DNA of 64,000 bases from positions 970,830 to 1,034,829 of the forward strand of contig CAVZOE010000006.1 of the NCBI GenBank assembly GCA_963776725.1, in the 5' to 3' direction. The notes beneath the pieces are model-generated. The model worked only from the letters and a program-made list of their open reading frames with translations. It ran no database searches and was not told the DNA's origin. Positions within the stretch are counted from its first letter, which is position 1; every line of letters starts with the position of its first letter. Of this stretch, positions 1 through 12,200 are shown in pieces. The DNA is from an uncultured Candidatus Rokubacteria bacterium. GTDB lineage: Bacteria > Methylomirabilota > Methylomirabilia > Rokubacteriales > CSP1-6. Made by a program: the position numbers and the translations under genes.

Positions 1-3000
1 CGACCTGGCTATCGCCGTTGAGATAGAAGACGTCGGTGCCGTCGAGGATCTCGAGCGTGGCTCCGGGCCGGCGGCCGTCCACGAAGCGGAAGCTGGCTGT
101 CGCCTGACAGCCTCCGGCCAGGGCGAACGGATTGGAAAGGGTGAGAGCGAATCGGTAGGACTCGTAGTCCGACAGTCTGACCTCGGTGAGGTGGGCGGCC
201 GTCTCGCTGATCGAGCGACACGGTAGAGACGGCGATCCGCTGGGCAGGATCTGCCAGGCCTCGCCAGGCGTGCGATTGTGCTCGTAGAAGCCGCGCTTGA
301 CGTCGAGCGTCCAGCCGATGCCGAAGTCCTCCGGGGTCTTCACCCGGCTGTCGTAGGTGCGCCCGACCGTGATCGGGATGCCGGCGACCGGGATGGACAG
401 ATCGGTGAACGACAGGCGGAAATTCCCGACCTTGGCGAGGCCGTCCACACGGTACGTGCGCTCGACGACCGAGGCTTGGCCGTTGACGTCCTCGACAGTG
501 AGCCGCACGCGATAGAGGCCGTTTTCGAGCATCGTGGGATCAAGCCGGCCGAGGACGCCGCCGATCACCGACACGGCGCCGGAGCCGATGACGATGGGTG
601 CGCCGGCGACACCGCCGCGGATGACCTCGAGGGTGTACCGCAGGAAGTTGGCATCGGTCGCCGTCCCCACGATGTCCGTAGGCATCGTCACGACGGCCAG
701 ATCGGCCGGGCTGGCGATGCTTACCGCTGGCGGCGTCGTATCGCCGGCGATCGAATCCCGCCCGTTGCAGTTCTGGTCGATCCCGTCGCCGGCGATGTCC
801 ACCGCATTGGGATTGATCGCGGCGTTGGTGTCGTTGCAGTCACCCTGGTTGCCGGTGAAGCCGTCGCCGATCGAAGTCGATGTCTCCCGGCGGAAGTCCC
901 AAGTGAGACGACCAGGTTGACCGCCGGAGCCGGCCGTCGCGGTGGTCCCCGCCGCGGGATCCTGGCTGATGACGACACCCAGCGGCACGCTGGCGCTGTG
1001 GAGGCTGGCGACCGCACCGAGCACGAAGCCGGCCGCCGTGATGTCGGCCTGGGCGGAGCTCTGCGACTGGCCGACGACGTCGGGGACGATGCCGATCGGC
1101 GGGGGCCCGAGCGATACCACGAGACTCACCGACGTGCCGCGCGCCACCAGCGCGCCTGCGGCCTGGGGTCTCGCTGATGACCGCCCCGCGCGGCGACCGT
1201 GGCACTGGTGTGGTTGCCGATCGCTCCGACCGACAGCGCCGCACCCGTGAGGGAGGTCTGCGCCGTCGCCTGTGCCTGACCGACGACGTCCGGTACGGTC
1301 ACCGGGGCGGCGACCTGCACGGTGTAGCTCTGCAGCGCGAAGAGCCCGCGGGCGTCGCTGCACCTTTACGACGACCGACTGGCTGCCGAGCTGGCTCGCC
1401 GCCGGCGTCCACTGCACGAGCCCGGTGCTCGGCTCGATCGTCATGCCCGTCGGCGCCGTCGGCAGCGAGAACGTCAGCACGTCGCCGGCATCCGGGTCGG
1501 TCGCGCGGGCGCCATAGACGTAGCGCACGCCGGTGGCGGCCGTCGTCACCGGAGACGAGGCGAATCGCGGCGCGCTGTTGGGCGTGTTGACGGCAATGCG
1601 TACGGTGGCCACGTTCGAGTCGAGCACGCCGTCGGTGGCCGCGTAGGTGAAGCTATCGAAGGCGTCCGCCGTCTCGCCTGGGACGAAGGCGTTGGTCCGG
1701 AAGCTGTTGAGGCCAGGCACGAGCCAGTGGGGCTGCTCGACGCGCGGGATCGAGCCGTCCTCGTTGACGTTGGTCACGTGGTAGCTGTGCTGGTTCCAGA
1801 TCCGCCGCGTGCGCGTCCACTTGTTGGCGACGTCACTGAACACGAACACGCCCGTGTCGCCGGCGAGGCCGCTGGAGAGGTCGGACGTCACCACGATGTC
1901 GGCGTGGCCGTCGTTGTCCACGTCGACCACCACCGGCTGCTCGGCCCACGTCGCCGACTGCACGGGAACCTTGGCCAGCAGCACGCCATCGGCGCCACGG
2001 AAGATGCGGAGGAACTTCTCGTCGCGGTAGACGATCTCCACGGTGCCGTCGCCGTCGAAGTCGAAGGCCACCGATCCGGTGGAGTGCGAGCTGCGGTCGC
2101 TGATGGCGGCCTTCCACCGCAGGCTGCCGTCGCGGTTGTAGAGCAGGTAGTTGGCGGCCTTCGCGATGCCGATCTCGGGGATGCCGTCGCCGTCCACGTC
2201 GACGATGAGCGGAGCGCCCGACTGGCCGTTGGCCGGCCCGGCGGCGCCCTCCGGCGCGCCCGGCGTGGCGACGGGCCCGTGCGTCGGCGGGTTCCACACC
2301 TCGGCGTCGGAGCCGTCGTGGTTCAGCATGTAGATCTGGCCGTCGGCGACGATGACGATCTCGGGGAACGGATCGTCGTCGAAGTTGCCGACCGCCACGT
2401 AGCCGTCGGGCAGGTCCTTGCGCTGCCACACGATCTCGAGATGACCGTTGACGAGCCGGTAGGCGGTGGGGCCGGCGACGATCTCCGGGATACCGTCGAG
2501 GTCGAGATCGACGACGGCGGAGATGGCTGAGCGCAGGCCAGTGCCGCCCGTGGTGCCGCCGAGCGTGCGGCCGTCGCCGAGCAGCCGACCGTCGGCGTCG
2601 AACACCGAGGCGCCGACGATGATGTGCGGCCGCGGCCCGCCGTCGAGGTTGGCGATGGAGACGGCGCCGCCGATGAGCGCGCTGCTGCCGATGAGGAAGC
2701 GGGGCATGGGGTTGGGATCGCTGATCCACTTCACCTTCGGCGAGCCCGTCGCCACCGTGGCCGAGCCGAACACCTTGAGCTCGCCCAGGCCCACGGTGGT
2801 GCCCACGTCCAGGGTCGACGTGAAGCGGACCCGTCGAACGCCGGAGATGCCGGCGACGGTCAGGGTGAAGTCGCGAGTCGGCGGAGGCAGGTTCACGACA
2901 CCGCTGTCCAGCAGCACGGAGCCATCGGCCGCGAAGAGCTGGAAGGAGCCGGCGCGGATGTTGAGGTTGTCGCCGAAGCCCCGGTTGCCAAAGAGTTGGA

Positions 3001-6000
3001 CCTCGGTCACGGTCACGTCCTGCCGGAACTCGACCTCGAAGAAGGGATGACCGCCGAGGTTGGCGGCGTCGCCGTTGGCCGTCAGCCACGGCGTTTCCAG
3101 CCGACCGTCGACCCCGTCGGCCGGCAGGAACTGCGACGAGCTGCTGCTGACCTTGACGGTGACCGGCCGCAACACCTGGGTCAGATCGCCCTGCACGGTG
3201 CCGCCAGCCAGGTCGAACGCGATGAGGTGGTTGCCGTCGCTGTGGACGGCGATGATATCCGGCACCCCGTCGCCGTCGATGTCACCCACCGCGACCTCCG
3301 ACCAGGGCGATACCAGGCCCGGGCCCAGCGTGAACAGCTCGCGGCCGTCGTCGCCGCTCAGCACCTTGATCTCGCCGGTCAGCTGGTTGCCGGTGCTCTC
3401 CACCGCCACGACGATGTCGGGAATGTCGCGCGTGTCGATGACGCCGTCGCCGTTGTCGTCGGTGAGGTTGGCCACCACCGGCGTGGAGTGCACCTCGCGG
3501 CCGGCCAGCGCCTGGAACTTCTTGGTGAGCTGGAACGCCGGCGTCGTGACCGATGCGGTGCCGAGGACCCGGATCTCCGAGAAGCCAGCCGGGAACGCGC
3601 TGCCGGCGCACGATCCCACCGTGTAGCGCGCGCTCCGCACGCCCGGCGTGGTCGGGACCGGCAGCGTGAACAGCGAGGGACCGATGCCCCGGTCGTTGAA
3701 CGGCGTGTTGACGGTTCCGCTGTCGAACAGGACCGTCCGGCCCGCATCCAGCAGCTGGAAGGTGCCGTGACAGAGGATCGGCGACGAGCTTCCGAAACCG
3801 TCCGGAGTGGCGCCCGGGTTCAGCGTCTCGATCCCGGTGACGGTGACGTCCACGGGGAAGCTGATCTCGATGAAATCCCCTTGGCCGTTGGCCGCGTACC
3901 AGCTGGTGCCCGCGCTGTCGTCGATCACGCTCTCGGGGACGTTGACGCCGATGAAGCTGCCCGCCTGCACGGTGGCCGGCAGCAGCTGCGCCAGGTTCGG
4001 CTCGGCGATACGCTGGCGGCGGATCAGCGCCGAGCCGATCACCTTCATCTCGGCCAGGTTGATGCCGAACGGGCCCTGCTCGCCGGTGAGCGGGGTGAAT
4101 CGGACGCGGCGCACGCTGGCCACGCCGGGGACGACGAGGGTCGCGTCTCGTTCGGGCAGCGGGAACTCGACGGGCCCGCTGTCGTGCAGGACGGTACCGC
4201 CGGCGCCCAGGAGCTGGAAGGTGCCGGTCGTGACCCGATTGGCCACCGGGTTACGTCCGGACAGGACCCGCACCTGGGTGACGGTGGTGTCTTGTGGAAA
4301 GACGACCTCGAAGGTCGCCGGATTGATCCCGAAGGTGCTCGCCATCGTGCCGAGGTTGTCGTCGAACGCGCAGGCGGTGCGGTCGCAGGGCGGCCCCACC
4401 ACGCCCGGGTCGCCGTTCATGTTGAACGTGGTGCCCGGGATCGCCCGGATGAGATCGACGTCGTCGGCCAGCACGAGCTCGCCGGCCTGCAGCGTGTGCG
4501 GTGTGTAGGTGAACGAGCCGTCCGCGTTGAAGGCCAGGGCGCCGTTGGTCGGCGCGGTCAGCAGCACGGCCGTCAGCGGCGTGCCGTTGGCGTCAGTGTC
4601 GTTGGCCAGCACGCCCGGCGCGCCGATGCCCAGCGATTCCCCGAGGCGTGCCGTGTAGGCGTCGTCAGCGGCCACCGGCGCCCGATTGGCGGCCGATGAA
4701 ACTTGCACCTCGAAGGCCTGGGTCGCGAACAGCCCGCGCTGGTCTTGGACCCGCACGACGATCGGCTGGGGCCCGGCCTGAGCGTCCACCGGTGTCCACC
4801 GGATGATGCCGGTGTCCGCGCCGATCGTCATGCCACCGGGCGCGATGGGCAGCGAGAACGTGAGCGCATCGCCGGCGTCAGGATCGATGGCGTCGACGCT
4901 GTAGCGGTAGGCGAGGCCGACGGTGGCGACCGTCCCCGGCGTGGAGCGGATCACCGGCGGGTGGTTGTCAACGGAGACGAGGATCGTCGTGGTCACCGGG
5001 GCGCTGGCGGCGCCGCGAGTGTCGGTGACGACGAGCTGCGCGCGATAGGTGCCGCCCAGATCGGGGACGAACGTGGGCGTGGCCGTGTTGGCGCCGACGA
5101 GTACGGTGGCGCTGTTGACCGGCCGCAGCGCGAAGGTCCACTGGAAGCTCAGCGCATCGCCCTCGGCGTCGCTCGACGCGCGCCCGTCCAGCTGCACGGT
5201 CGTGTTCGTGCTCACGTTCTGGTCGGCACCCACGCCGGCGACCGGCGGGCGATTGATCGCGGTCACCACCGCGGTGTTGTTGGTGAGGTTGGGATCGGGC
5301 TGATCGCTGCCCGTGACGGTTGCCGTGATCGCCGTCGGTCCCGTTGCGTTGACCCTGAGGCTGAGGCCCATCCGCGCCAGGCCTCCGCTCGGCAGCGCGC
5401 CCACCACCCACCGCCCGGTGGCCGCGTCGTAGGTGCCGACCTGGATGTTCTGACCGGTGATCGTGTAGCCCGCCGGCACCGGGACGCTGACGGTGATGCT
5501 GGTCGTGCTCGCCGGTCCGAGGTTGTCCACCTCGAGCGCGAGGCCCGCCGAGGTCCCGGGCGCGAGCGTGCCTTGCGGAAAATCGAAGAAGAACAGCGAT
5601 GCTGAGGTCGGCGTTGCGATTGGGCGTGACGGCGACGGTGACGGTGTTGTTGGCGGGGTTGGGGTCGGGCGCGCTGCTGCCGGTGATCGACGCGGTGAGG
5701 TCGTAGGGGCCAGTCGCGGTCACCGTCGCGCCGAGGATCAGGCGGGCGAGCCCGCCCGCGGGCAGGCTGCCGATCGTCCAGTTGCCGGTGGCGGCGTCGT
5801 ACGTGCCCACCTGCGGCCCGCCGCTGGTGATGGTGTACCCCGCCGGCACCTTGAATAGCGCGGTGATGTTGCTCGCGCTCGCAGGGCCGTCGTTGTGGAC
5901 CTCGACGAAGAGCCCGGAGGGCACGACGCCCCCGCCCACCGGCGGGTTCGTCGGCGGGCTGAGGAACGCGATGCTGAGGTCGGCGTTGCGATTGGGCGTC

Positions 6001-8897
6001 ACGGCGACGGTGGCGGTGTTGTTTCCGAGATTGGGATCCGGCTGGCTGCTGCCGGTGATCGTCGCCGTGAGGTCGTACGGTCCGGTTGCGTTGACGAACG
6101 CGTCGAAGGAGAGGTTCCCAAAGGCGCCGCTGGGCAGGTCCCCGATCGTCCAGTTGCCGGTCGCGGGGTCGTAGGTGCCCCTCCCCACGCTCGTGCTCCT
6201 GATCGAGTAGCCGGCGGGCAGCTGGAAGCGTGCGGTGACGCCCGTCGCGCCGGCCGGTCCGTTGTTGAGCACCTGAACGGCGATCCCGGTGGGCGAGGCG
6301 ATGCCTCCCACTGGCGGGTTCGACGGCTGGCTGAAGAACGCGATGCTGAGGTCGGCCGGGTTTCCACCGAGCACCACGCTCGCACTGGCCGTGTTGTTGG
6401 CGGAGTTCGGATCGGGCTGAGCGCTGCCGGTGATCGTCGCGGTCAGGTCGTACGGGCCGGTGGCGTTCACCGTTGCCGTGACCGTCAACCGGGCCAGGCC
6501 GGCGGCAGCGAGCGCGCCGATCGCCCAGTTGCCAGTCGCAGTGTCGTACGTACCGCCGCTGCCAGAGCTCGCCGTGGTGCTGCTGCCCGTCACGGTGTAG
6601 CCCGCCGGCGGCTTGAAGCGCGCCGTCACGCCGGTGGTGCCGGCCGGGCCACTGTTGACGACCTCGACCGCGATGCTGACGCTGGCGCCGACCGCGGGTG
6701 TCGCCGGCACATTGGTGAAGGCGATGCCGAGGTCGGCGTTGGCGTTGGGGACCACGCTGGCCGTCGCCGTGTTGTTGGCGGCATTGGCATCGGCCGGCGT
6801 GCTCGCCGTGATCGCCGCCGCCAGGTCGTACGGTCCCGTCGGCTTCACCGTGGCGACCACGGTGAGTCGGACCGCCGCGCTGGTCGGCACAGCGCCGATC
6901 GTCCACACGCCGGTCGCGACGTCGAACGTGCCGGCGTTGGCGTCCGGAGCGCTCGAGGTCACGGTGTAGCCGGCCGGCACCTGGAAGCGGGCGGCCACGC
7001 CGCTGGCCGCGGACGGTCCCGTGTTGGCGACTTCGACCACGAGCGAAACGCTGGAGCCCACGGCCGGCGTGGCGGGCGGATTGACGAAGGCGATGCGGAG
7101 ATCGGCGGCGTCGCTCACCGTGACCGTGACCGCATCGGGCGCGCTGGACAACGCGCCATCGCTGACGATCAGCTCGGCTGTGTACGTCCCGGCCCGGTCG
7201 GCCACGAACGTTGGGTTCACGATGGTCGAGCTGGACAGCGCGGCGTTGCTGCCGTTCGGACGCGTCAGCGTCCAGCGGAACGAGGCGATGGGCGTGCCGT
7301 CGGGGTCGGACGAACCGCTGCCGTCCAGATGTACGGTCGCGCCGATCGACACCGTCTGATCGGGGCCCGCGTCGGCCACCGGCGGTCGATTGCCGGTGGT
7401 CGCCGTCACCACCATCGTATCGGCGAGTCCGTCCTCGAAGCCGTCGTTCACGATGAGCTGAGCGACGTAGTCGCCGGCGCGGTCGGCCACGAAGCTCGGC
7501 TGGGCGGTGGCCGGATCGTCGAGCGCGGCGACGCTGCCGTCGGGGCGCGTGGTGAACGACCAGCGGAACGTGAGGGGGTCGCCATCCGCATCGCCGGAGG
7601 CACTGCCGTCCAGACGGACGGTGTCGCCGACGGCGACCGTCTGATCCGGGCCGGCGTCGGCGACGGGCCGCGAGTTCACCGTGTCGATCTGCACGCTGTC
7701 GGGCGTGCTGTCGATGACGCCGTCGTTGACGATCAGCCGCACCTCGTAGCGCCCGGGCAGATCGGCGATGAACGCGGGTGTAGAGGAGGCCGCGTCGTTC
7801 AGCGTGGCCTGACTACCCTCGGGACGCGTGACGAAGCTCCAGAGGAACGTGAGCGGGTCGCTGTCCACGTCGGTGGATGCGCGCCCGTCGAGCAGGACGG
7901 TGGCGCCGTGGCTCACCGTCTGGTCGGCGCCGGCGACCGCGATCGGACGCGAGTTCACCGTCGAGACCTGCACCGTGTCGGCCACGCTCTCGAGGCGGCC
8001 GTCGCTGACGACCAGCTCGGCGACGTAGGTGCCGGCTCGATCGATGCGCAGCGTCGGCCGCAACGCGGCCGGATCGGAGAGCGTCGCGGCGCTCTGCGGC
8101 GGCGTCGAGACCAGTCGCCAGCGGAAGGTCAGCGCGTCCCCGTCGGCGTCGGTCGAGGCACTGCCGTCGAGTTGCACGAGCGTGCCGACGGCCACGGTCT
8201 GATCGATGCCGGCGTTGGCCAGCGGCCGTGTGTTGACCACGCCGCCCGTGGTGATCTGTACGCGGTCGGGCGCGCTGTTGCCGGCGCGGTCGCTGACCAC
8301 CAGCTCGAGCACGTAGATGCCGCTCCGATCGGCGACGAAGGTCGGACGCACGGCGTAGGAACTCGACAGCATCGCGTGGCTTCCCGCCGGCCTGCTGACG
8401 AAGTGCCAGGAGAACTTGAGGGTATCGCCGTCCGGATCGCGCGAGCCGCTGCCGTCGAGCGTGACGTGCGCGCCCACCGCCACGGTCTGATCAGGCCCGG
8501 CGTCGGCCACCGGCGTCCGGTTGCGCTTCTTGAAGTGGAGGGACCACTCGAGGTGGGAGGCGTCGAAGGGCCGCGACTTGGGCAGCCGGAGCGTGAAGGT
8601 GCTGAGGCTCGTCACCGTCGCTCCGGCCTCGGCGTCGGGGAAGGTGAGCGTGCCGTCGATGATCGTCGCCCCGACGGTGTGGCAGGTCAGCGTGGCGGAG
8701 ACGTCGGTGATCGCGTACGGCAACGGGTTCGACAGCTGCGCGCGGAAGGTCAGCACGCTGTACCCGGGGACGGCCTTGCTCTCGACGACCGTGTAGTGAC
8801 CGATCGAGGGTCCGGAGCCGAAATGCGTCTCGCCCTGGCGCTGACCGAGTCCCAGCAGGAGGATCGCGGCGATCAGGATGACGCGGCCACTCTTCAT
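1..8897 (-). CDS. Giant secreted multi-domain protein (signal peptide; 6 PKD-like repeats, 5 DUF11-like repeats, Ig/cadherin-like, 3 discoidin-like, FG-GAP propeller, 2 PASTA, MopE-like Cys motif, DUF6531-like pre-RHS domain); partial, continues past the left edge
   Basis: ATG at 8897 gives MKSGRVILIAAILLLGLG. Repeats PVADAGPDQ...LDGSxSxDxDGD and ADLxIAF...DPNxxNN follow. After an indel near 5590, manual translation of another frame gives GDIDGDGVPDII, WTRTRRIWNQHSYHVTNVNEDG, VPDVVGQ, DCNDTNAAINPNAVDIAGDGIDQNCNG and NFRLSFTDLSIPVAGIPITVGRTYDSR..DFGIGWTL. Further small indels lie at about 1360-870. Confidence 0.88.
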
Positions 8898-9088
8898 GGG
8901 CTCTCCGGGTCCGCGCCCGTGTTGCGGACCATCTCGAGCAGCGCCGTGCTCAGCTCGTGAACGTCGTCGAACCTGCGCTTCTCGCCGGTGCGCAGGTGGT
9001 GGACGTGTCCGCTCAGGGAGCCGGCGGCGCCCGCAACGATCCGGAGCACGAAGGTAACGGGACGCGCCTGCGCGAGACCGTGGTCCAC
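8894..9088 (-). CDS. Small hypothetical protein (~64 aa), translationally coupled to the giant protein
   Basis: GTG at 9088 gives (M)DHGLAQARPVTFVLRIVAGAAGSLSGHVHHLRTGEKRRFDDVHELSTALLEMVRN. Its TGA overlaps the ATG of the giant gene (ATGA at 8894-8897). Confidence 0.65.
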   Translation of the reverse strand: MDHGLAQARPVTFVLRIVAGAAGSLSGHVHHLRTGEKRRFDDVHELSTALLEMVRNTGADPESP

Positions 9089-9111
9089 CGAGGCGAGATG
9101 TACGCCACAGG

Positions 9112-9128
9112 CGTGACCGCGCCGTGAC
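9112..9128 (-). promoter_or_regulatory. GTCACG-N5-GTCACG direct repeat with 11-bp period; candidate SARP/OmpR-type operator
   Basis: CGTGAC occurs at 9112-9117 and 9123-9128, between the divergent SARP gene and the small ORF/giant gene operon. Confidence 0.45.
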
Positions 9129-9196
9129 AGCCCCACGGAGCCGCAGCGTGCAAATGCTGCGCGGCGGGGGGTCCGTTGTCGCACTCGACCGCGGGA

Positions 9197-9205
9197 TGCT
9201 AGAGT
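9197..9205 (+). promoter_or_regulatory. Extended -10 (TGcTAGAGT) for the SARP regulator gene
   Basis: TGnTAnnnT motif ends 14 nt before the ATG at 9220. Confidence 0.4.
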
Positions 9206-9219
9206 TGGCGACCATCTCC

Positions 9220-12200
9220 ATGGCGGCCCTCTGCGTCGAGCTGCTCGGTGGTTTTGCCCTCAGGAGCGACGGTGGTGCGCCCCGCTCGCTGCCGAGCCGC
9301 AAGGCACGCGCCCTCCTGGCCTACCTGGCGTTGCGGCCGGGTCACGCCCACTCCCGCGAGCAGCTCACGGCGCTGCTCTGGGGCGACACGCCCGATGCGC
9401 TCGCGCGGCAGGCGTTCCGCCAGACGCTGTCCCGGTTGCGGCGGGGCCTGGGCGACGCGGCCGGTCTCGCCTTCGTCCCCGGGCTCGACACCGTGGCGCT
9501 CGATCCCGCTCAGGTGTGGGTCGACGCGGTGGAGTTCGAGGCGATGGCCGGCAAGGATCAGCCCGCCGCGCTGGAGCGGGCCGTCGCGCTCTACCGGGGG
9601 GACCTGCTCGACGGGCTCGACGTGGGGGAGCCCGCCTTCGAGGAGTGGCGAACCCTCGAGCGGGAGCGCCTGCGCGAGCTGGCCCTGGAGGCGCTGACGA
9701 AGCTGCTGCGGCACCAGATGGACGCCGACCTGCTGGAAACCGCCGTGCAGACGGCGCTGCGGATCCTCGTCCTCGACCCGTTGCAGGAAGCCGTGCATCG
9801 CGCCCTCATCCGTCTCTACGCGCGGCAGGGCCGGCGCGCGGCCGCCCTGCGTCAGTACCAGGAATGCGTGCAGACACTGCAGCGGGAGCTCGCGGCCGAG
9901 CCCGAGGAGTCCACGCGCGAGATCTACCGTCAGCTCGTGCGAACCGCCGCCGACGGTGCGGGACCAGGCGCCCGGTCGGCCCGTTCTGGCCAGGCGGCCA
10001 CCACGACCGGGGGCAGTGCGGGCATCGCACTCGTGGGACGCGCCGCCGAGCTGTCCGCGCTCGAGAACAGCTTGCAACGCGTGCTCGACGGGCACGGACG
10101 CGTCGCGGTGATCAGTGGCGAAGCCGGTGTCGGCAAGACCCGGCTGCTCGAAGAGCTCGAGAGCGTGGCGGCCGTCGCGGGCGTGCGGGTGGTGGTCGGC
10201 CATTGCTTCGAGACCGAGCAGCCGCTGCCGTTTCGCCCATGGATCGATGCACTTCGCGACGAGCAGCCGGCCCTGGACACCGCGCGGCTGGCCGATCTCT
10301 CGGCCGCCGCCCGGGCCCAGCTCGCCCGGCTGTTCTCCGAGCTATCCCCGCGCGGCAGCGAGAGTGGCGTCCTGGCCGACGATCACAGCCCGCTGTTCGA
10401 GGCGATGCGTGAGCTGCTCTCCGTGCTGGCCGCGGGGAGCCCGTTGCTGCTCGCGCTGGAGGACCTGCACTGGGCCGATCCGATGAGCGTGCGGCTGCTC
10501 GCCTTCCTGGGGCGACGGCTGGGAGCGCTACCGGTGCTCCTGGTCGCGACGACCCGGCCGGAGGACGCGGTGGACGTGCCCGTGCTGGAGCGCGCGCTCG
10601 GTGAGCTGCGCGACGGCCGGGTGCTCGATCAGGTGATCCTGGGTCCGCTCGGTCCGGAAGACACGCTGGCGCTGGCCCGTGCCTTCTACGGCGGAGGCAA
10701 TCCGTCGGTCATCGAGCAGGCGGTCGAGACGGTATGGAAGCTCAGCGAAGGCAATCCGTTCGTCATCACGGAAAGCGTACGCGCGCTGCGTGACGGCACG
10801 ACGGAGATGGGCGAGCTGCCGCAGGGGGTACGCGAGACCGTGCATCGCCGACTCGACCAGCTCTCGGAAACGGCCCACGCCACCGCCATCACCGCCGCCG
10901 TGATCGGACGCGCGACGTCGTTTTCGCTGCTGCAGATGGCCAGTGGCCTGTCCGAGTCGGAGGCGGCCGCCGCCGTCGAGGAGCTGGTGCGACGCCGGGT
11001 GCTCGACGCCGCGGGCGAAGAGCTGGTCTTCTGCCACGATCGCATCCGGCAGGTCGCCTACGATGCGGTGCTCGCTCCGCGACGGGTGTTGCTCCATCGC
11101 GCGGTGGCCCGCGCACTCGAATCCTCGAGCTCGGATCGACTCGACGAGGTGGCCGGTGAGCTGGGCCACCACTTCCTCCGGGCCGGGGAGCTCGAGCCGG
11201 CGATCCTCTATCTCGGGCGCTTCGCCGAGATCGCCACCCGGCGGTACGCGACGGATGCGGCGCTGGCCGCGCTCACCCAGGCCGAGACCGCGGTGGACCG
11301 ACTGCCGCCGTCATCGCGCGACCATCGACATCTCGAGGTGTCGCTGCGCCGCGCCTTCGTGCTGGCCGCGGCCGGCCGGCACCACCAGTGCCTGGACGTG
11401 CTGAGATCGAATGCGCTGCGGCTGCGACGCGTCGCGGATCTCCCCCTGGCCGCCGAGTATCATTATCGGCTCGCAATGACCCGCTTCTATCTGGGCGACT
11501 ACGCCGAAGCACGACTCGCGGCCGTCGCGGCGCTGAGCGATGGCGAACGCACCGGAGATCGCGACCGGATCGGCCGGGCGCTCAACGCGCTGGCGCTGGT
11601 GAGCACGGCGGCCGGCGCCTCCGCCGAGGCGATGGACTACTGCGAGCGGGCGGTGGAGCTCCTCGCCGACCCGTCCACATGGCGACGGCTGGCCTCCGTG
11701 CACTGGCTGCTGGCCCTGAACCGGATCTACACCGCGCAGTTCGATGGCGCCCTCGAGCACCTGGAGCGCTGCGTGACGCTCGCCGATGCGGTGGGCGACG
11801 CCAAGCTTCAGTCGATGGCCGAGGGCCTGGAGAGCTGGGTTCACGCGGCTCGGGGCGACAGTCGCGCCGCCATGGACTGCGCGCAGCGCGCCCTGGCGTC
11901 TTCACGGGGCACGATCCCGACCAGCCTGGCCTTACGCTGGGTGGGGTACGCCCATCTGAATCAGGGGGACGCCAGAGCGGCGATCGACGTCCTCGAGCGG
12001 GCGTGCGAGCAGATCGAGCTGTTCCCGGTCCGCCACACGTACGTCGAGTCGCTGGCGTTCCTCGCCGAGGCGCACGTGCTCGCCCGCGACGCATCCCGAG
12101 GCCTGGAGCTGGCGCGGCGGGCCACGGAGCTGGCGCAGATCGAAGGCAGTCCCTTCAACGTGGGCCTCGCCGAGCGCGCGGCCGGGCGCGCGGCCGGCGC

